A stretch of 64,000 nucleotides of DNA from an uncultured Christensenellaceae bacterium (GTDB taxonomy: Bacteria > Bacillota > Clostridia > Christensenellales > UBA3700), in assembly GCA_944381325.1 (NCBI GenBank), contig CALWKS010000003.1:265204-329203 (forward strand). The letters run 5' to 3'. A program made the position numbers and the translations under genes. The notes beneath the pieces are model-generated. The model ran no database searches, was not told the DNA's origin, and saw only the letters and a program-made list of their open reading frames with translations. This document shows, piece after piece, positions 1 to 10,967 of the stretch (within the stretch, counting starts at the first letter, position 1; each line of letters opens with the position of its first letter).

Positions 1-756
1 TTCCTCGGTATTGAAACCGCGCAGATTTCTGACCTTGGAATAAGCGATATCGCTTTCTCCGTTGACATCGCCTTCAGTAAGCATAAGCCTTGACGGAAGT
101 GCGAAAGCTCCTTCGTTTTCATCCACGATGCCTGCCGCTATAAGCTTTCTGTATGTCAGGAAACCGAAGTTAAGCCTCTCTTTATACCAGGTTTCGCCAA
201 TAAGTTCGGGTAATACGGGGTCGTCGTCGAAAGGCGGCTTGTCCAGATATTTATCTCCGGTAAGCGCTACGAAATAATAACCTGCCGCGCCCGCCAATGT
301 CTCTCTGCAATATGTAACCAGTCTGCCCTTGTTGAATTTTCTCATCTTGTCCCCTGCAGGCGGAATTTTGACTTCAACTATACGCAGATAGTCTTTTGGA
401 TTGCACTTGAGCGCTTCTTTGAATCTCCATTTAAGCGCGAGCTGAACGTTTAAGCAGCCTGCATCCGCGTAGCTTTCTTTTGTCGTAACAGAGTTTTTGT
501 ATTCCACGACTTTCGCTTCAGTGAAAATAACGTATTTTGCATCGTCCGTATATGCGATTATTATAAGGTCGGGGCTGCCGAATTCACCCAGCGAAAATTC
601 AACCAGGTATTCGCATCTGACCACTTTTTCGATAAACGACGGGGTTTCTCCTACCCATTGGATCTGCTTAAGCAGAGCGTTGGGCGCTTTGTCTGCGCTG
701 TCAAGAAGTATCGCGTTAACAAGACCTCTTTCGCCGTAAAGATATACATTGTCCAT
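1..756 (-). CDS. hypothetical protein with a PD-(D/E)xK nuclease-like motif; C-terminus runs off the window start
   Basis: Minus-strand frame open from ATG at 756-754 to position 1. It is absent from the ORF track because there is no stop inside the window. AGGAGGGA Shine-Dalgarno at 761-768. Translation MDNVYLYGERGLVNAILL...; the segment GSPDLIIIAYTDDAKYVIFTEAKV resembles PD...ExK. Confidence 0.55.
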   Translation of the reverse strand, partial: MDNVYLYGERGLVNAILLDSADKAPNALLKQIQWVGETPSFIEKVVRCEYLVEFSLGEFGSPDLIIIAYTDDAKYVIFTEAKVVEYKNSVTTKESYADAGCLNVQLALKWRFKEALKCNPKDYLRIVEVKIPPAGDKMRKFNKGRLVTYCRETLAGAAGYYFVALTGDKYLDKPPFDDDPVLPELIGETWYKERLNFGFLTYRKLIAAGIVDENEGAFALPSRLMLTEGDVNGESDIAYSKVRNLRGFNTEE

Positions 757-878
757 AGTTTCCCTCCTCAGCAACTTTCGTTGCGCCGTCTTATACTTTA
801 ATTAGACCCCTAAAAGCCGTTCTTGTCAATACCACATGTTGAAATTTTACAAATATTTTCATTAATCGCATACGCGCG

Positions 879-910
879 CAAAAGTAAAAGCCGCCTGAAA
901 ACAGCGGCTT
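879..910 (-). terminator. rho-independent terminator downstream of the fucosidase gene
   Basis: Hairpin AAGCCGC (888-894) / GCGGCTT (904-910), followed on the minus strand by TTTTACTTTTG. Confidence 0.5.
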
Positions 911-967
911 AAATTCTGAACGTTTTTATCCTTTAAACGTGTATTTTCTCAATACGTATCACACAAT

Positions 968-2545
968 TTACTTTGTATAAAGCTCTACGCTTCTGAGAAC
1001 GGGCACGCTTCTCGATTGCTTCACGACGATTCTTACAACGTCGCAAACGGGAGCGTTTTCGAACATCAGTATCCTGCGGTTGCCGATGACAGTGCTGTCT
1101 CCGATAAGGACCCATTTCCCTTCTGAGCGCACCCATACTTCGAACATCTCCACTCTCTGAGAAAATCTGAGATCTTCCCTGAGGTCGATTCTTCCAAGTT
1201 GAGACGGGTTTTTGAGCTCGAAATCCAGAATATACTCGTTTGACTCAAACTTATATCCGTCGCGCCCGCTGTCAAGCAACGCGTCAAGACCGCTCTTGTT
1301 CACGACGCGATCGTTGTCGCCGACCTTTACTTCGCTTACTTCGATTTTATTTGCCGTCGTAGCCGCTATTGCCTTTCCGAATTCTCTCAGCACGTCGGCG
1401 TCCTTGTCCGCTATAAGACCGTCTTTATCGGGAGGAACGTTGAGGAGCAAACTACTGTTTCCTCCTACCGAAGTAAAATATATCTGAAGCAGATGATCCA
1501 CACTCTTCGGGCTCTGATACCAATGGTAAAACCAGCCCTTCCTTATGCTTACGTCAACCTCTGCAGGATAAAAGGCAAGGTCCTGATAATTTGCAAGCAG
1601 TTCTCTGCTGCCCCTGTCCGCAGCTTCGGCACTGACTGTCTGAAGTTCACCTGCGCCGTCTTCGCTGGTCTGGAAATGCTCTGTAGACGCATTCGACATG
1701 CTTACTACGCTCCATTCGCTTTCACGCGCAATTCCCGCTTCGTTGCCCACCCATCTTACGTCGCTGCCTTGTATTGCGGTAACACAACCCGGCTGAAGAT
1801 CGTTTATAAGCTGCTCGTATCCTTCCATATCGTATTCGAAATCGGGATCGAGTTCTGCATCCTCGCCGCGCGCTCCGTCCATCCAAACGCAAAAAATATC
1901 GCCGTAATCGCCGCAAAGCAACTCTCTCAGCTGTTCTTTATAAAAATCGTTGTATGCATTTGTGCCGTAACACTCAGCGTTCATATCCCAAGGAGACAAG
2001 TAAATTCCGAATTTGAGACCGTATTTTTTACAGCTTTCGGAAAGCTCTTTGACAATATCCCCTTTGCCGTTTTTATAGGGGCTGTTCTTAATACTGTGCT
2101 CGGTAGTCTTTGTCTGCCACAGGCAAAAACCGTCGTGATGCTTTGCGGTAAAGATAATGCCCTTGCTACCTGAAGCCTTAAGAACTTCGCACCACTGATC
2201 GGTATTGAGATTCTTGGGATTGAATTTTGAAGGAGACTCCTTTCCCGTACCCCATTCTTTTCCCGTCATGGTATTCATTCCGAAATGGATGAAATTGTAA
2301 TATTCAAGCTCAAGATAGTCAAGCTGTTTTTCAGACGGCAGAATGCTGATAAGTCTGTCTACCTCTTCGCTTTCTTTGTCATATCCGTTATTGTAATTTC
2401 CGCAGCCCTCAAGAAACTCTTCGCCTTCGGCATAGCTCTTTTCAGGCACTTCGTAATAGTTGTATTTTTTACTGCAACCTATAAATGAAAACAATGTGCA
2501 CATAAACACCGCCGCAACCGTAAAAACGGTTAAAAATTTTTTCAT
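968..2545 (-). CDS. alpha-L-fucosidase (GH29) lipoprotein with a C-terminal F5/8 type C (discoidin)-like domain
   Basis: ORF 968..2617. The likely start is the internal ATG at 2545 (MKKFLTVFTVAAVFMCTLFSFIGC, signal peptide plus lipobox) with a GGAG RBS at 2551-2555. GH29-type core IIFTAKHHDGFCLWQT. Confidence 0.85.
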   Translation of the reverse strand: MKKFLTVFTVAAVFMCTLFSFIGCSKKYNYYEVPEKSYAEGEEFLEGCGNYNNGYDKESEEVDRLISILPSEKQLDYLELEYYNFIHFGMNTMTGKEWGTGKESPSKFNPKNLNTDQWCEVLKASGSKGIIFTAKHHDGFCLWQTKTTEHSIKNSPYKNGKGDIVKELSESCKKYGLKFGIYLSPWDMNAECYGTNAYNDFYKEQLRELLCGDYGDIFCVWMDGARGEDAELDPDFEYDMEGYEQLINDLQPGCVTAIQGSDVRWVGNEAGIARESEWSVVSMSNASTEHFQTSEDGAGELQTVSAEAADRGSRELLANYQDLAFYPAEVDVSIRKGWFYHWYQSPKSVDHLLQIYFTSVGGNSSLLLNVPPDKDGLIADKDADVLREFGKAIAATTANKIEVSEVKVGDNDRVVNKSGLDALLDSGRDGYKFESNEYILDFELKNPSQLGRIDLREDLRFSQRVEMFEVWVRSEGKWVLIGDSTVIGNRRILMFENAPVCDVVRIVVKQSRSVPVLRSVELYTK

Positions 2546-2822
2546 GAATTCTCCTGTCCGCATTTTCACGCAAGTAAATTGTAACACAGTAAAACTCTTA
2601 TGTAAACCCCGTCGCATTTCTTTACCGCATTTAAGTGCTTTTATATATTTAATAATTGATTTTTAACACTCTGCATTCTTTGACGCGCTTGCTCATGACT
2701 TTTATTGACGTGTTTTCAAGTTCTGTTTTCTGAAACGGAAAAACTAAAAAAAGCGCAAAGCGCGCCATCAGGCACGCTCTGCAACTTATTTTTTATCTTA
2801 TAATGTTGTTTAGGTATCAACT

Positions 2823-4505
2823 TCAGCTTTCGGACGGTGCATCATCACCCGTATGGATTTGCGCAGCTTCTTCAGCCTCGCGCTTCTTTATAGAATCTTC
2901 AATGCCGTGTTCTTCCATATAATTCTTCCAGGCAAACTCATCACCGCCAAGCAGCTTTTCTTCGAGTTCTCCGCCGATCTCTTCGCTTATCACTCCGTCC
3001 TGAACGCTCGCGCGCACCTTGAGCACTTCCATTATCTCTCTGTGTTTCTTCTCCGTCATATCCCAGAAGAACATAGGTATCGCGCCAAGTATGCCGCTGG
3101 AAATGCCCAGTACGCAGTACATTCTCAGAATAGGTATTATTACGTTTGCGTTGTAAAGCACCGAGGTATCGTCTACATATCCGTAATGCTTATTTATCGC
3201 GGGAGTAATAAACGCAAAGCCCATACCTGCAAGCGTTGTTGCCACCAAGCCGAACTGAAACAAGAAACCTTCCATACGTTCTCCCGTCTTAAACTGCTGG
3301 TAGTCGTATTGCTGAGCCGTAAGAGAATAATTCGTTACGACCTGTACGCTGTTGGCAAGCGTCAGCATAAACGAGAGTATAAACATTGACCAGCCGACGA
3401 TTATCTTATCTCCGCCGCCCACATAAGTCATTCCCAGCATCACCGCCGTAAAGAATGCGCAGGCAAAATTGCTGAACAGTATCAGGTTTTTCTTGCCGAA
3501 TTTGTTTATCAGAATGGGTGAAAGCAACATACCGGGCGTATATGCCATAGGTATAATCGTTAGCGCTATCGTCTGCGACCATTTTGAAATGATCATATAA
3601 GTGCAGACCCAGTTTATATAACTATATATGATGACCCTGAAAGAGCCCAGTATGCCGCTCGCGTTTGCGAGCATGATGTACTTGTTTTTAAAAGTATCCG
3701 CAATTCCTTTGAAGAACGGCACATGCATTTTCTTTTTGCGCGGAAGCACCATTCTTTCTTTGACTCCGAATGCTGTGAGATAACCCATAGCAAAGAATAC
3801 CAGCGTCATTATCGGCAATATCCACTCATACGGTCCCATTGTGTTTATGCCGAGAAGATCCTGAGCAACTCCTTCCTCGTTGAGTCCGCCCCCTCCTTCC
3901 ACCGTAAACAACAGATTTGCAAGAAGCGGGAAAAGCGCGTTTATTATAGAAGGTCCCAATGAAAAAACCGTCGTACCTACGCTCATGATAACCGTGCGCT
4001 CTTCCGGGCTCGGCGATATTACCTGCATTATCGAAGTGAAAGCCAGCGTATACAGCTGCATAAAGAACTGCATCAGGTTGAAAAGTATCGCATATACTAT
4101 GACTATAATACAGTTTGTCGGCACCTGCCATTAAAGAAGGAGTCCACCCCATAAGCGCTATCAATATAGTACAAGGAATGGGCATCCATATGAGATAAGG
4201 TCTGAATTTTCCGTATTTGGTATTTGTGTTATCGACAAGATAGTTGATGAGCGGAGAACGCAGAATGGTAATAATGCTCGTAACGTTACCACCCACATTA
4301 TCATATCGTTGCTGAGTCCGAGAGCCGCCGCAACATACATGCCGTAAGTAAGCGTAAGATATGTAGGTACCATACTCGCAGCGTTTATTCCTATACCGCC
4401 CACGCAATACGCCGCCGCTTCTTTAAAAGACAAATATCTGTTTGCCGGAGCTTTGCTCCAATACTTCTTCACATAATCGGCAGCCGCGCCGATTTTGCCA
4501 CCCAA
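2823..4505 (-). pseudogene. glycoside-pentoside-hexuronide (GPH)/MFS sugar transporter, disrupted by two compensating frameshifts
   Basis: Three ORF pieces (4161..4505, 3826..4407, 2823..4124) together give one transporter. The first and third pieces share a frame; roughly 4130-4290 (NVTSIITILRSPLINYLVDNTNTKYGKFRPYLIWMPIP, a GPH-type motif) reads in a different frame. The original frame hits a stop at 4161. Confidence 0.6.
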
Positions 4506-4677
4506 CGCGCTTGCTTTTGCTTAAAATTTCCCATAAAAATTTTCCCCTCGCAGTCAATCCGCTTTTTTAATTTTAATATATCGCAAAAAGCCTGTCAAGC
4601 CCCGTTTTTTCGACTTTCCGCCTTTACCGCACATACATTTCCATAAATCACATTTTTTGCGAAAATTTAAAAATCTG

Positions 4678-4706
4678 TTTACATTTTTCAATTATTGTGC
4701 TATATT
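4678..4706 (+). promoter_or_regulatory. sigma-A type promoter for tRNA-Ala
   Basis: TTTACA (4678-4683), 17-nt spacer, TATATT (4701-4706), about 11 nt before the tRNA 5-prime end. Confidence 0.45.
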
Positions 4707-4717
4707 CAATCGTGCTT

Positions 4718-4793
<76 letters not shown>

Positions 4794-4796
4794 TAC

Positions 4797-4836
4797 GCAA
4801 ACAAAGTCGAACCTGACTTTGTTTGCTTTTTGTTTT
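4797..4836 (+). terminator. rho-independent terminator after tRNA-Ala
   Basis: 12-bp stem GCAAACAAAGTC / GACTTTGTTTGC with a 6-nt loop, then TTTTTGTTTT. Confidence 0.8.
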
Positions 4837-4845
4837 ATCTTACTA

Positions 4846-5472
4846 CTATAAATTACAAATCAAATTTTGAAGATCGTTTACGAATCTGCCGACGTGAAAG
4901 CCGTCGCACACGGCATGATGAACCTGTATCGCCAAAGGCAGATATGTTTTATCCCCTTCTTTATAATACTTCCCCATTGTAAAGATAGGGAGAAGATAAT
5001 CGTAACCTTTTTGCAGATTAAGATTGAAGCCTTCAAAAGACACCCAAGGTATCATGGAGATGTTGAAAACGTTTGCGGGAGTTTCCGGTTTTGCATCAAT
5101 CGCTTCGATTTTTCCGTAAGCCGACAAATCGTCTGTATACGACTTACAAAAAGCGACGTAGTCGGCACAATATTCAGTCCATATATTTGAAAAAGTCTGA
5201 GTCTCCTTATGAAATAAGGTATAACAAGGGCTCATAGAGGAATATACTCCGAGTTCCCCGTCCGAATTGAATGCCGTTCTGAATTCTTCATATCTGTTCA
5301 CGGCCGTCGATATGCAATAAAGCATTGTCGGATAAAGTTTTTTACCTGTATTTATCAACTCCGATATATCAAGTTTTACACTCATACTGTAAGTGCACGG
5401 CACTTCAGAATGGTAATGCTCGAAATATGGCTTCCTTTTCCAGTTTTGCTTATCGATTTTTACAAATTCCAT
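4846..5472 (-). CDS. cat: type A chloramphenicol O-acetyltransferase
   Basis: 208-aa ORF. N-terminus MEFVKIDKQNWKRKPYFEHY and the catalytic motif LAIQVHHAVCDGFHVGRFV are typical of classical CAT enzymes. Confidence 0.9.
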   Translation of the reverse strand: MEFVKIDKQNWKRKPYFEHYHSEVPCTYSMSVKLDISELINTGKKLYPTMLYCISTAVNRYEEFRTAFNSDGELGVYSSMSPCYTLFHKETQTFSNIWTEYCADYVAFCKSYTDDLSAYGKIEAIDAKPETPANVFNISMIPWVSFEGFNLNLQKGYDYLLPIFTMGKYYKEGDKTYLPLAIQVHHAVCDGFHVGRFVNDLQNLICNL

Positions 5473-5514
5473 GATCTCTCCGTTATCGTTAATTTATGTT
5501 GCTTAAATTATAAA

Positions 5515-7534
5515 TCATAATATCATATCTTCATTCTGCCACAGATCTCCGCAAAATCCTTCGAGAACGTTCGCCGCACCCCAAGGCAAGAAGGCAAACC
5601 ATATGCTTGATTTCTTGCCGTCAGGATATTTCTCTGTAAGCAAACCTTCTGAGTAGCAAAAACGTTCAGACATCCACCCTTTGCGTCCGTAACCGAATTC
5701 TCTGTCATACGAATTGTACGATTGCAGCCCCCAAAGCACAGTGTCGTGCAATCTAGACCTTATATAATCGTCAGGCTTTATTTTCAGATAATAAATCATA
5801 TCGTCGATCACGTTGTTCGACATCGGGTGAATATGCGGATTGCACACTGAAGTAACCGAACCTCCGCAGCTTGACCAACCCGTTTCGGAAAGCGGAGGAA
5901 CGAGGATCTTTGAATCGTATGCAAACTTAAACGAAAACTCATAGTTCAACGCTTCTTTAAGGTGATCGAGATACACGTTCTGAGACGTGATGCGATGCAT
6001 AAATCTGCAAGCCTTTATGAAAGCCAGTACACCCTCCGAGTCTACCGCCATATACGTATCTGCAGGAGTGCCGTAGCACTCTTCTTTTTTAACGAAATCA
6101 TGATAATATTCGTGAGCTTTTCGCATAGACTCTATGTACTTTTCAGTTCCTGAAAGAAATGAAAAATACGCTATTGCGGTATAGCACCAACAACCCGCAT
6201 AACCCGCATATTCGGCGCCCTTGCCGTCTTTTACCGAAAACGTATAAGGAAACTCCCCGCTTTCCTTTTGCGAAAGCAAGAATTTATCCAGTATTTTTTC
6301 AACAAATCCGAGCCATTGATCATGAATCTCGTTTTTGAAAGTCTTCTCTGTTTCGTACGCTTTCAAAACGTAATATATCGCCTGAGCTATGACGTAGGTA
6401 TTATGCCCTTTGACCTTAAGTCCTGAATACACCAGCCTTTTTCTGTCCATCCTTTTTTTGAATTGTAGGCGTCGAAAGGCAGTCCCGAATTCACGTTAAC
6501 GGAGTTTTCTACGATATTGTTTATGCATTGCAACGCCTGCGCTCGCATACGCTCGTCGCCCAGCCGTATTGCAGCCATAAGCAACGGTGAAGCGATCTCA
6601 GCCCCGCCTGTCCAGCCTATAGAAATATTATTTACTTCTTTGACGACCTCACCGTCTTTCAACTTCACGACTGTAGCGTAATTCTTGTTTTCGGCAACGT
6701 ATGCATCTGTAAAAATCGCCCCTGCTATATCCTGCACAGCATTTTTATATCCGATCTTTTACGCGGCAACCTGTGATATCTGTAATAACAGTTTTCAAGA
6801 GCTGAAGATACATCGTTTTCGCAAGCGGCTTTATAACAATAAACGTAAAGAGGAAACTCTGCCGACGTGCCTGCTTCTATCACGAAAAACCGATCGTCGG
6901 TATTTGCTTTCTTGTCATATTTCGGAGCAAGAACGTATGTGTACGGCGCGTTTTCATACCCGAGCGTAAACCCGACCGTAGTACCGTTCTCAACAGAGCA
7001 ATAAAAACCGTTGAAACCTGCAAATTCAGTATCCTTATTATTTTCCCAAAACGTATTCGCCTTTTTCAATCCCGCAATAAGGACTTGAAGAAATGCCGAA
7101 AACAAAATTGTCCGTATATGCCAAAGCCACGGGATGTGAAAGTCTGTCACCCCTTACCTGCCAATACTCGCTGAAACACTTTTTGTAACCTTTCGAAGAT
7201 GCGGATAGTAAGCTTTACGGGAATATTGTCCTCTATCTCCTCCGTTGCGATTGTACATGAATGCAGGCATAAATATTTTTCCGCCTGTCTTTTGAGATGA
7301 CAGTTCGAATCTCAACACCCCTTTATAAGTTTTATCTGAAATATTGGAGAGTTTAACATTAAGCTTAAACGGAGAATTTGCATCACCGTTTCCTTCCTCA
7401 ACCGAATATTCGACTTTTATTCTTTGCGAAATTTCCTCATATTTTCTTTTCAACGAAAAGGGCTTTTTTTCTGAATGAGTTAATTTCAAAGAGATATTAT
7501 TACAAAATTCCATACAACTATCCCCGTAGCACAT
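5515..7534 (-). pseudogene. alpha/alpha-barrel glycoside-hydrolase-like gene, disrupted by an in-frame stop and at least two frameshifts
   Basis: Four consecutive ORF pieces (7154..7534, 6725..7150, 6387..6737, 5515..6450) read as one protein. There is an in-frame TAA at 7154-7156. Frame changes near 6740 and 6420-6450 coincide with A/T homopolymer runs. Around 7000-7140 a third frame (VALAYTDNFVFGISSSPYCGIEKGEYVLG) looks more protein-like. Confidence 0.5.
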
Positions 7535-7597
7535 AAATGAATTATTATATCCTAATGCATTATTAAATGAATTTATTTTACCATGTAGAAATAATAT

Positions 7598-8452
7598 TCA
7601 ATTATATTGCGATATCTGATTTTTATAATACCGCCCAGTTCTTTTGAGATATTCTATCAGCATCATCGGCCAGTCGGTCTGTATCAGGTCAAATCCGCGG
7701 TCAGCCATCCATCCCCAGCCGTGATCTTCTGACACTGTCAATGCCGTATCGTCGTTATGCCCTGCAGATATGCAATCTCTCATATTGTAAACGATGGTAT
7801 TTCCCCATATGAGAATGCCGTCTTTATGTACCGATTCTATCCACTCGGGATTTGCGATCTCAGCTTCTTCTGAAGAAAACAATGCTTCTATTCCGACATA
7901 ATTTATTTTGCGTCGCAGCAATTCAGCGTGATCGTCGTGCCTGTCCCTGACTATTGGCATAAAAGCGAGTTCAGGCGCTACTTCTTCAAGCCAGCGGTAA
8001 ACTGACTTCGAAGGTTTGCTTTTTACCAGGATCTGATCAGTCATTCCGTGCCTGACGACCGCATCGTAAATTTTACGAGGATTTGTCCAGAATTTGTCTA
8101 TATTGATAAAACAACGCCCTTTGAACGTCTCTAAGAATTCGTCAAAATCACAAACACCGTAAGGAGTTACGGCATTATCCTGATTTACGTAACGCATTCT
8201 TTTGACGACAGAATACGGCAACGCGTTCAACAAAAGCAGTCTGCTGAGGTGCGCGTGTTCCATATACGGATGAAAGATGAATAGTTTTCCGTCAATACTG
8301 CAGTTGAGATCTGTTTCTAGCATATCAGCGCCCTGCTTAAGAGCAATTTCGTAAGCGGCCATAGTATTGCAAGGAATATTGCCTCCCGATACTCCTCTAT
8401 GAGCCACTATCAGAATTTTCTCTTTTGCAGAAGATTTAAGATCAAACGACAT
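7598..8452 (-). CDS. glycerophosphodiester phosphodiesterase (GDPD family)
   Basis: 284-aa ORF. LIVAHRGVSGGNIPCNTMAAYEIALKQGADMLETDL matches the GDPD HR...E.D signature. Confidence 0.85.
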   Translation of the reverse strand: MSFDLKSSAKEKILIVAHRGVSGGNIPCNTMAAYEIALKQGADMLETDLNCSIDGKLFIFHPYMEHAHLSRLLLLNALPYSVVKRMRYVNQDNAVTPYGVCDFDEFLETFKGRCFINIDKFWTNPRKIYDAVVRHGMTDQILVKSKPSKSVYRWLEEVAPELAFMPIVRDRHDDHAELLRRKINYVGIEALFSSEEAEIANPEWIESVHKDGILIWGNTIVYNMRDCISAGHNDDTALTVSEDHGWGWMADRGFDLIQTDWPMMLIEYLKRTGRYYKNQISQYN

Positions 8453-8715
8453 CCCTATATTTCAAACTCCTTATCATACGATGTTTCCGCCTGTTTTTCA
8501 ACAGCTAAAGAAACTGTATTTTTATTGTATCATTTTTTAACCAAAGGTCAACATGTTTTGGTTTAAACGGTCGGCAGTCTGCCAATACAAAATGCTTTAA
8601 ATCAATAAGACAAAATAGTGAAGCAATACGAAATGGCAAAAGCACTCTGACTATATCCGAAATATACGCTATTTATACCCGACTACAAACGTTTTTTATC
8701 TTGCATTGCATATCA

Positions 8716-10131
8716 TCAAGGTAAATCTCCCATATAAGGACCGATATGACATCCCGTTTCATCGAGCAAGACAATGAATTCAATATATTCCGAATCCTCA
8801 GTCATATGATAGTGCTTGTCGTTGGTCGAAACAGGAGCACCTACGTTGCATATCCTGATAAAGTTGAAACCCGGATCAAATTTATCTGCGCCGATACCGT
8901 CCACAATTATTTCCACTCTGTAAGGAATGTCTATATCGTAAAATTCGTAATCTTCGGATCCCGCCCTTTTTATCTCGGTTCTTACGCCCACCGGATAATA
9001 TGTATCCAGCGCGAAGAATCTGAACCGTATATATTGCTTTGAATCGAAGTTATCAACCGTGTATGTCGGATTTACCGGCTTTTCAAGTTTTTCACTTTCT
9101 TCCTGATAGGTGTATCCTTCATCTTTTTTGAACTGAGAAACCTTGCCTGAATTTCTGGCGGTTACGGTTATTATGCCGTTCTTTACCGTAAACGTACTGC
9201 TCGCTGTGTTTTCGGGATTAAAAATTTTCATTGAATAAATGCCGTCAGCGTCACTGAGATAATAAAGAATTCTTCCGCCTTTATAACTCTCTTTAAGCAA
9301 TCCGTCAATAATGACGAAATACCAATATGACTTTCCTTCGGAACTCATCAGCTCGTCCGTATACGCAAATTTATAAACCCCGTTTTCTAAAACGGTATCG
9401 TTTTGCAAAGAGGTTATTTTGCCCGTCTCGTCAACGGTGACTTTATATTCTATACTGCCCGACCTTGTTTTCATAAACAGATTTTTATCTGCGTCTATCA
9501 TAGGATATTCTTGAGAATTGGAAAGTCTGATCATATTGTCTCCTTGGACAAATTCTTCTGAAGGGATTTCTACAGACAACTTTCCGTTTTCATAATTTAC
9601 AACGGTATAACTCTTATATTTTGCACTATCTGCCGTTTTTATATCCGCAGATATGCCGTTTATTAAGAGATCGTTATATACTCCTGATAAAGAAATGTAT
9701 GTCTTGCCGTTTTTCTCAATTATTTCAGGCTCAAAAACAGGAATAAGCGACTCTTTTGTATTTTCTGAATATCTGTAATCCACATCCGCAGAATACTCTG
9801 TCTTTTGCCCGTTGTTGTCTATGGTCAGCTTGTCTCCCGACAATATGACCGACAGACTTCCTTCTGCCGAAACTGCGGTATAACATTCTTTATCCTTTCT
9901 CAGATTGTATGCTTTTATGTTGCCGTTCTCTGAAACCGTCATCTTTTCATTAATGATCGCGACCCAGTCTGAAGGCATATCTTCAGTGGACTCTTGCGCT
10001 TGTGCAGAAAGCAAATATACCCCATCTCGCATTGAATCGCTTTTAAAACCCAAATCACACGCGACAAAACTAAGACTCGCCGCGAGAACAACCAACACGA
10101 TAATAAATATTGAAAACGCCTTGTTTTTCAT
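8716..10131 (-). CDS. hypothetical lipoprotein
   Basis: 471-aa ORF with signal peptide and lipobox MKNKAFSIFIIVLVVLAASLSFVAC. No recognisable catalytic motif. Confidence 0.6.
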   Translation of the reverse strand: MKNKAFSIFIIVLVVLAASLSFVACDLGFKSDSMRDGVYLLSAQAQESTEDMPSDWVAIINEKMTVSENGNIKAYNLRKDKECYTAVSAEGSLSVILSGDKLTIDNNGQKTEYSADVDYRYSENTKESLIPVFEPEIIEKNGKTYISLSGVYNDLLINGISADIKTADSAKYKSYTVVNYENGKLSVEIPSEEFVQGDNMIRLSNSQEYPMIDADKNLFMKTRSGSIEYKVTVDETGKITSLQNDTVLENGVYKFAYTDELMSSEGKSYWYFVIIDGLLKESYKGGRILYYLSDADGIYSMKIFNPENTASSTFTVKNGIITVTARNSGKVSQFKKDEGYTYQEESEKLEKPVNPTYTVDNFDSKQYIRFRFFALDTYYPVGVRTEIKRAGSEDYEFYDIDIPYRVEIIVDGIGADKFDPGFNFIRICNVGAPVSTNDKHYHMTEDSEYIEFIVLLDETGCHIGPYMGDLP

Positions 10132-10186
10132 AATTTACCTCCTTTCAGAAAGAAATACTATCATTTCTTCAATAGCCATCAAAATG

Positions 10187-10930
10187 CTAATTAATTATAA
10201 ATATTGTCTCAACGAACTCAACAAAACCGTCATCTTCCCCCTCAGTAAACGTATCGTAAACATTAAAATATACTTTTACGTCTCCTATCTGCGTTTCCCC
10301 GTAAACAGTGTGCGTATACACTCCGTATTCTGCTTCAAAATTCGTAATTCGCCTGCAATCGATATCCAACCCATTCGATTCTACTTTTTCATCCGTAACT
10401 TTTTCAATATAGTCGTAATCTGAATTGACTACCAGATCTATTCTGCAAGTTGTAAAACCTTCGTCCTGCATTTCAACGATAAAATACAATTCGTCTCCGC
10501 TTTTTGAATCCTTTACAAGCGATATATTGGTAATATAATCAGGTTTTATCAGATATCCCGACAATACCGCATTGACATCGTCCAAATCGGCACTTACAGC
10601 CAACTCATCGTCATAACAATACTTATTTTCAGACGAATCGTCTTTTACACCGTCTTTTCCCCGGAAATATATCCCGCAAGGAATTAACACTGCGAGGATA
10701 ACAACAATGCTGATTGCAGAATACAACGCCTTCAATTTATTCTTCTTCGCTACAATATTGTCTTTTTCAGACCGCTTATCGCAGGCAGACATGAGTTTTT
10801 CATGAAACTCGTTATTCTGCAAGCCCTCAAGGCTTCTGTTCGCTATATTTTCGATGTTTTTATCTCTTTTCATAACTTTTTTATAATTTAGATGCGTTTT
10901 CCGTCTCTTCTCATTGCAGTCATAATGCAT
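10187..10930 (-). CDS. single-pass membrane protein, candidate anti-sigma factor
   Basis: Lies directly downstream of the sigma-factor gene. One hydrophobic segment, ALYSAISIVVILAVLIPCGIYF. The alternative start at 10873 (MKRDKN) is possible. The function is inferred from position only. Confidence 0.4.
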   Translation of the reverse strand: MHYDCNEKRRKTHLNYKKVMKRDKNIENIANRSLEGLQNNEFHEKLMSACDKRSEKDNIVAKKNKLKALYSAISIVVILAVLIPCGIYFRGKDGVKDDSSENKYCYDDELAVSADLDDVNAVLSGYLIKPDYITNISLVKDSKSGDELYFIVEMQDEGFTTCRIDLVVNSDYDYIEKVTDEKVESNGLDIDCRRITNFEAEYGVYTHTVYGETQIGDVKVYFNVYDTFTEGEDDGFVEFVETIFIIN

Positions 10931-10967
10931 TTATTTGTCTTTCTATAATATAAGAGTCATAAAATTA

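Noticed and set aside
1493-2173. 226-aa plus-strand ORF (and other ORFs at 1066-2488) overlapping the GH29 fucosidase gene.
   Set aside because: They are antisense or alternative-frame shadows of a well-supported gene. Their composition is low-complexity or Arg/Cys-rich and they have no RBS.
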